Of a stretch of DNA of 64,000 nt, positions 60,722-64,000 are shown one piece after another (within the stretch, counting starts at the first letter, position 1; each line of letters begins with the position of its first letter). A program made the translations under genes and the position numbers. This DNA comes from Candidatus Nealsonbacteria bacterium (lineage in GTDB: Bacteria; Patescibacteriota; Minisyncoccia; Minisyncoccales; DAOVPY01): contig DAOVPY010000001.1 of assembly GCA_030628945.1 (NCBI GenBank), positions 136,124-200,123 on the forward strand, in the 5' to 3' direction. The notes beneath the pieces were generated by a model. It ran no database searches. It was not told where the DNA came from and worked only from the letters and a program-made list of their open reading frames with translations.

Positions 60722-62032
60722 ATGAGCCAATCTTTTTCTAAAATTTGGGTTGCGGTTATTGCTGCTGTTTTTATTATCGGAGGAATTTTAGTTTGGCATT
60801 ATGATTGGTTTCCGGAAGAAAAAACTGGAGCGCCAGAGATTAAAGAGTTGAAACTAAATTTAAAAACTACAAAGTTAGCAACAATTCCCATCGGTCTTTA
60901 CGCTGAACATATTACTTTCGGCCCGAACGGTAAAAAAGTCGCGTACGCGGCAGAAAAGGAAGAGAAATGGTATATAATTCTAAATGGAGAAGAGCATGGA
61001 CCTTATGAAAATATCTGTTGGGGAACAGAGCCTACTTTTAGTTCCGATGGCGAGAGATTTGCCTACGGGGCGAAAAGGGAGAGCGAATATTTTATAGTTC
61101 TTGACGGAATAGAGAAAAGAACTTACGATAACGTTTACTGTTTTCATTTTAGCCCCGATGGCGAAAATTATTCTTACAAAGCGAAGAGAGGAGATGAGAT
61201 ATTTATAGTGTTAAACGGAGAAGAGGGTAAACCTTACGATAGAATTTGGCACTCTGCTTTTAGTCCAGATGGTAAAAGTTTTGTTTATAAAGCAAAGCAA
61301 GGCGATAACTTTTTTGTAGTTTTAGATGGAAAAGAAATGGGCCCCTATGATAATATTTTAAGCGAGATACCTGTTTTTAGTTCTAATAGTGAGAAATTAG
61401 CTTACGCAGCAGAAGAAGAAGGCAAACAATTTGTGGTAATTAACGGAAAAAAAGAGAAAGGTTATGATAATATTTGGGATATTACCTTTAGCCCGGACAG
61501 CGAAAATTTGGCTTATGCGGCAAGAAAGGGGAAATTTTCCTTTACAATTTTAAATGGAAAGGAAGGCGAAAGTTATTATGAGAATCTTTGGGGTTTAATT
61601 TTTAGTCCCGATAGCAAAAGATTTGCTTTCAAGGTTCAACAAAAAATCGAAGGGGAACTCAAAGAGTTTGCGGTTTTAGACGGAAAAATAGGCGAGAAGT
61701 ATTCTACCGTTAGTTGGCTTACCTTTGGCCCCGATAGTAGAAAATTTGCTTATCGAGCGGATGAAAGCCGGATTATTATTTTTGATGAGAAAAAAAGCAC
61801 AATTTATGATGGCATGGGAATGCTTGCTTTCAGCCCCGACAGCAACAATTTGGCTTATGCAATGGAAGAAAACTTTAAAAATTTTATAGCCCTTAACGGA
61901 GAGAAAGTCCGGCCTTATGATTTTCTTGCGACAAATCTTACTTTTACTTCTGATAGTAAATATCTTTATTACGGAATTCAAATCAGCAATGAGGTTTGGT
62001 GGATAGTAGATAAAATCGAGAATTTCAAATAA
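60722..62032 (+). CDS. Membrane-anchored PD40/TolB-like beta-propeller repeat protein (~10 repeats)
   Basis: The ATG at 60722 is preferred over the TTG at 60698. The repeat unit is FSPD(G/S)xx(L/F)AYxAxxxxxxFxVLNGxExxxYDxI, about 38-40 aa long. Confidence 0.6.
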   Translation: MSQSFSKIWVAVIAAVFIIGGILVWHYDWFPEEKTGAPEIKELKLNLKTTKLATIPIGLYAEHITFGPNGKKVAYAAEKEEKWYIILNGEEHGPYENICWGTEPTFSSDGERFAYGAKRESEYFIVLDGIEKRTYDNVYCFHFSPDGENYSYKAKRGDEIFIVLNGEEGKPYDRIWHSAFSPDGKSFVYKAKQGDNFFVVLDGKEMGPYDNILSEIPVFSSNSEKLAYAAEEEGKQFVVINGKKEKGYDNIWDITFSPDSENLAYAARKGKFSFTILNGKEGESYYENLWGLIFSPDSKRFAFKVQQKIEGELKEFAVLDGKIGEKYSTVSWLTFGPDSRKFAYRADESRIIIFDEKKSTIYDGMGMLAFSPDSNNLAYAMEENFKNFIALNGEKVRPYDFLATNLTFTSDSKYLYYGIQISNEVWWIVDKIENFK

Positions 62033-62054
62033 TTGAATCTAAATATAAAGAACT

Positions 62055-64000
62055 TCATTGATTGATATAAACAGCGATTATTTCCTGAAAGCCATTATCG
62101 CTTTCGGCTTTTATTTGAAATTGACCGGTTTCAGTTGGAATAAAAATAGCGGTTTTGCTTCTGCTTAAAAATTCATTATTTATAGACCATTTTACATTTT
62201 GTTTGGCTTGTAAAATTATTTTAAAGTTTTTTCCCGAGAGAAAAGCGTCTCCGTCGTGTGGATGAAGAATTAAAGAAACATCTCTCTCTTTCAGGGCGTT
62301 TAGCGAGTGTTCGTAATCATCATCTGGCAAGCCGTATTCTATCCCGCTTTGAGCGGGGTAAAACTCCTTTAAAAGAGCAAATTCAAAAGGAGTTTTTTTA
62401 TTGTATTCTGAGTTTAAAAGCAGTTCCATTGTCTCTGCCCAGATTCTGCCGGCTCCAAGCTGGCCCGAAATTCCGCCCATAGGAGCATTGTCGTGATTGC
62501 CGAGCCAGACCCCGACCAGGAAGTCGGGAGTATAGCCGATTACCCAGCTGTCTCTGAAATCCCGGGAAGTGCCGGTTTTTAAGGCGTAATTTTGCTGGAA
62601 CAAATTGAAATCGCTTTTTAAACCAAATTGTTCAATTCCTGTTTTGCGATCGCTTAGGATTTTATTGATTAGCTGGATATATTTTGGATTGGCAATCTTT
62701 TTCTCAGAACATGGATTTTGAGCATTGTATATTTTCAAATCCTTCAAAATTCCATTATTCGGGAAAATAGTAAAATATCTGGATAAATTTAATAAGTCCA
62801 TCTCTAAAACGCCCAGGGCTATTCCTAATTGGTAATTTTCTAAATTCTGAATCGGTTTAAATTCCAGGTCCTGCTCCAAAAATTTATAAAAATCTTCCAA
62901 TCCGACATATTCCAAAACCTTTACCGCCGGCACATTCAAGCTGTTGCTTAAAGCGTAATGCAAATTTACTTCGCCGCGGTATTTATAATCAAAGTTTTTA
63001 GGATAAAGAGGGAAACCAATGGCAGTGATATATTTATATTCTCTGTCGTCTGCCAAAGTATAAGGCCTTAAATCTTTTTCAAACGCTTTAAGAAAGACAA
63101 AAGGTTTGATGGTTGAGCCAATGGGCCGGGGCTCTAATAACATATTAATTTGGCAGCCCTCTTCAAAAGATTTTGGGTTTGGCGAGCCGACAAGGGTTAA
63201 GATTTCATTTTCCGGCAATTTAATCACTGCTACGGCTCCATTTTTAACGTTTTTCGCCTTTAGGTCTGCGATGTTTCTTTCCACTATTTCTCTTATTTTT
63301 TCAGTGAGTTCCTTGTCAATGGTTAACGAGTGGTCATCGGAGGAATCGTCAATAAAATTTTGAATCTCAAAATATGTATTGCTGGAATGAGAATATTGCC
63401 CCATGGTTTCTTTTACAACACAAGAATCTATCAGAAATAATTCATGGCTTAAGCCCAATCTTTGGGCTAAAGCAAGGGCAATTTCTTTGTTTTTCGCTTT
63501 AGCCGGATTATTTTTGGTTGGGCTGCTGATAGCGGCTAAGAGCTGCAAAATTTGCCCGTCAGCAAGTAAATCCGGCGATAAATTAAAATAAAGCCGGCTG
63601 GCTTCTGTTAATCCCCGGGCTTGATTGCCGAAATAAACAGAATTAACATACATTTTTAAAATCGTTTCTTTGCTTTGAAAAAGTTCCAGACCAAAAGTAT
63701 AAAATGCCTCAACAATTTTATTTTTCAGATTTCTTTCCAGCTCTTTTCCCTTTAAAATCTTTACCAATTGCTGGGTGATGGTGCTTGAAGCTCTTTTGGG
63801 ACAGATATTAAAATATCCCAAGGCGGCTTTATATGTGGTCCAGGGATTAAAGCCAAAATGAAAATAAAAATATTTATCTTCTTTTTTGAGCAAAAGCTTT
63901 TCAAATCCAGAAGGAATTTCATCTGAATATCTTGCCCAAGAGCCATTTTTATCGCGTTCAATAAAAATTATTTTTCCCGTTCTGTCCCTGATTAGCAAAG
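62055..64000 (-). CDS. pbpC: Penicillin-binding protein 1C (bifunctional GT51 transglycosylase/transpeptidase), N terminus outside the window
   Basis: GT51 motifs are EDKYFYFHFG and RASSTITQQLVK. Transpeptidase motifs are STIK, SLN and KTGT. A PBP1C-type C-terminal beta domain is present. The frame runs off the window edge. Confidence 0.85.
   Translation of the reverse strand, partial: LLIRDRTGKIIFIERDKNGSWARYSDEIPSGFEKLLLKKEDKYFYFHFGFNPWTTYKAALGYFNICPKRASSTITQQLVKILKGKELERNLKNKIVEAFYTFGLELFQSKETILKMYVNSVYFGNQARGLTEASRLYFNLSPDLLADGQILQLLAAISSPTKNNPAKAKNKEIALALAQRLGLSHELFLIDSCVVKETMGQYSHSSNTYFEIQNFIDDSSDDHSLTIDKELTEKIREIVERNIADLKAKNVKNGAVAVIKLPENEILTLVGSPNPKSFEEGCQINMLLEPRPIGSTIKPFVFLKAFEKDLRPYTLADDREYKYITAIGFPLYPKNFDYKYRGEVNLHYALSNSLNVPAVKVLEYVGLEDFYKFLEQDLEFKPIQNLENYQLGIALGVLEMDLLNLSRYFTIFPNNGILKDLKIYNAQNPCSEKKIANPKYIQLINKILSDRKTGIEQFGLKSDFNLFQQNYALKTGTSRDFRDSWVIGYTPDFLVGVWLGNHDNAPMGGISGQLGAGRIWAETMELLLNSEYNKKTPFEFALLKEFYPAQSGIEYGLPDDDYEHSLNALKERDVSLILHPHDGDAFLSGKNFKIILQAKQNVKWSINNEFLSRSKTAIFIPTETGQFQIKAESDNGFQEIIAVYINQ

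Overview
A+T-rich bacterial chromosome segment. Gene content suggests a reduced-genome Patescibacteria/CPR-type organism: DUF5667-like and pilin-like surface proteins, ComEC, and a compact housekeeping/tRNA block. That assignment is inference. UGA is used as a stop codon and RF2 is present, so the standard bacterial code applies. All calls were made by eye and hand folding; no searches were run.

The window falls into four blocks:
1. 1-15.1 kb: envelope-glycan locus. It holds an Fe-ADH plus a split TPP decarboxylase (phosphonate/sulfonate-type branch), a NeuB-type synthase, a GH57-like protein, a Wzx flippase, a GT-C-like membrane protein, a methyltransferase, a B12-radical SAM enzyme, a nitroreductase, a GT2, an initiating phosphoglycosyltransferase, and a Wzy/O-antigen-ligase-TPR fusion.
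2. 15.1-30.2 kb: housekeeping genes. These are ftsH, an rluA-family gene, rplS, clpB, comEC, prfB with its programmed +1 frameshift, and ftsEX. The block also has eight tRNA genes and two G+C/purine-rich orphan genes, each with its own consensus promoter.
3. 30.25-44.63 kb: accessory, defence-type island directly downstream of tRNA-Gln. All ORFs are on the + strand and the region is very A+T-rich. Recognisable modules are GIY-YIG, a type II R-M pair, HEPN-like proteins, DUF4238 and a Panacea-type TA pair, mixed with many orphan genes. Recurrent GC-rich hairpin modules punctuate the intergenic gaps. No integrase or transposase is visible.
4. 44.7-64 kb: secreted/surface-protein cluster. It holds a parvulin PPIase, three paralogous proteins built from an apparently undescribed two-cysteine tandem repeat, a pilin-like head domain, a 692-aa Cys-tailed protein, a 2174-aa thioester-containing alpha-2-macroglobulin, a PD40-like repeat protein, and a convergent PBP1C.

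No rRNA gene, CRISPR array or reverse transcriptase was seen.
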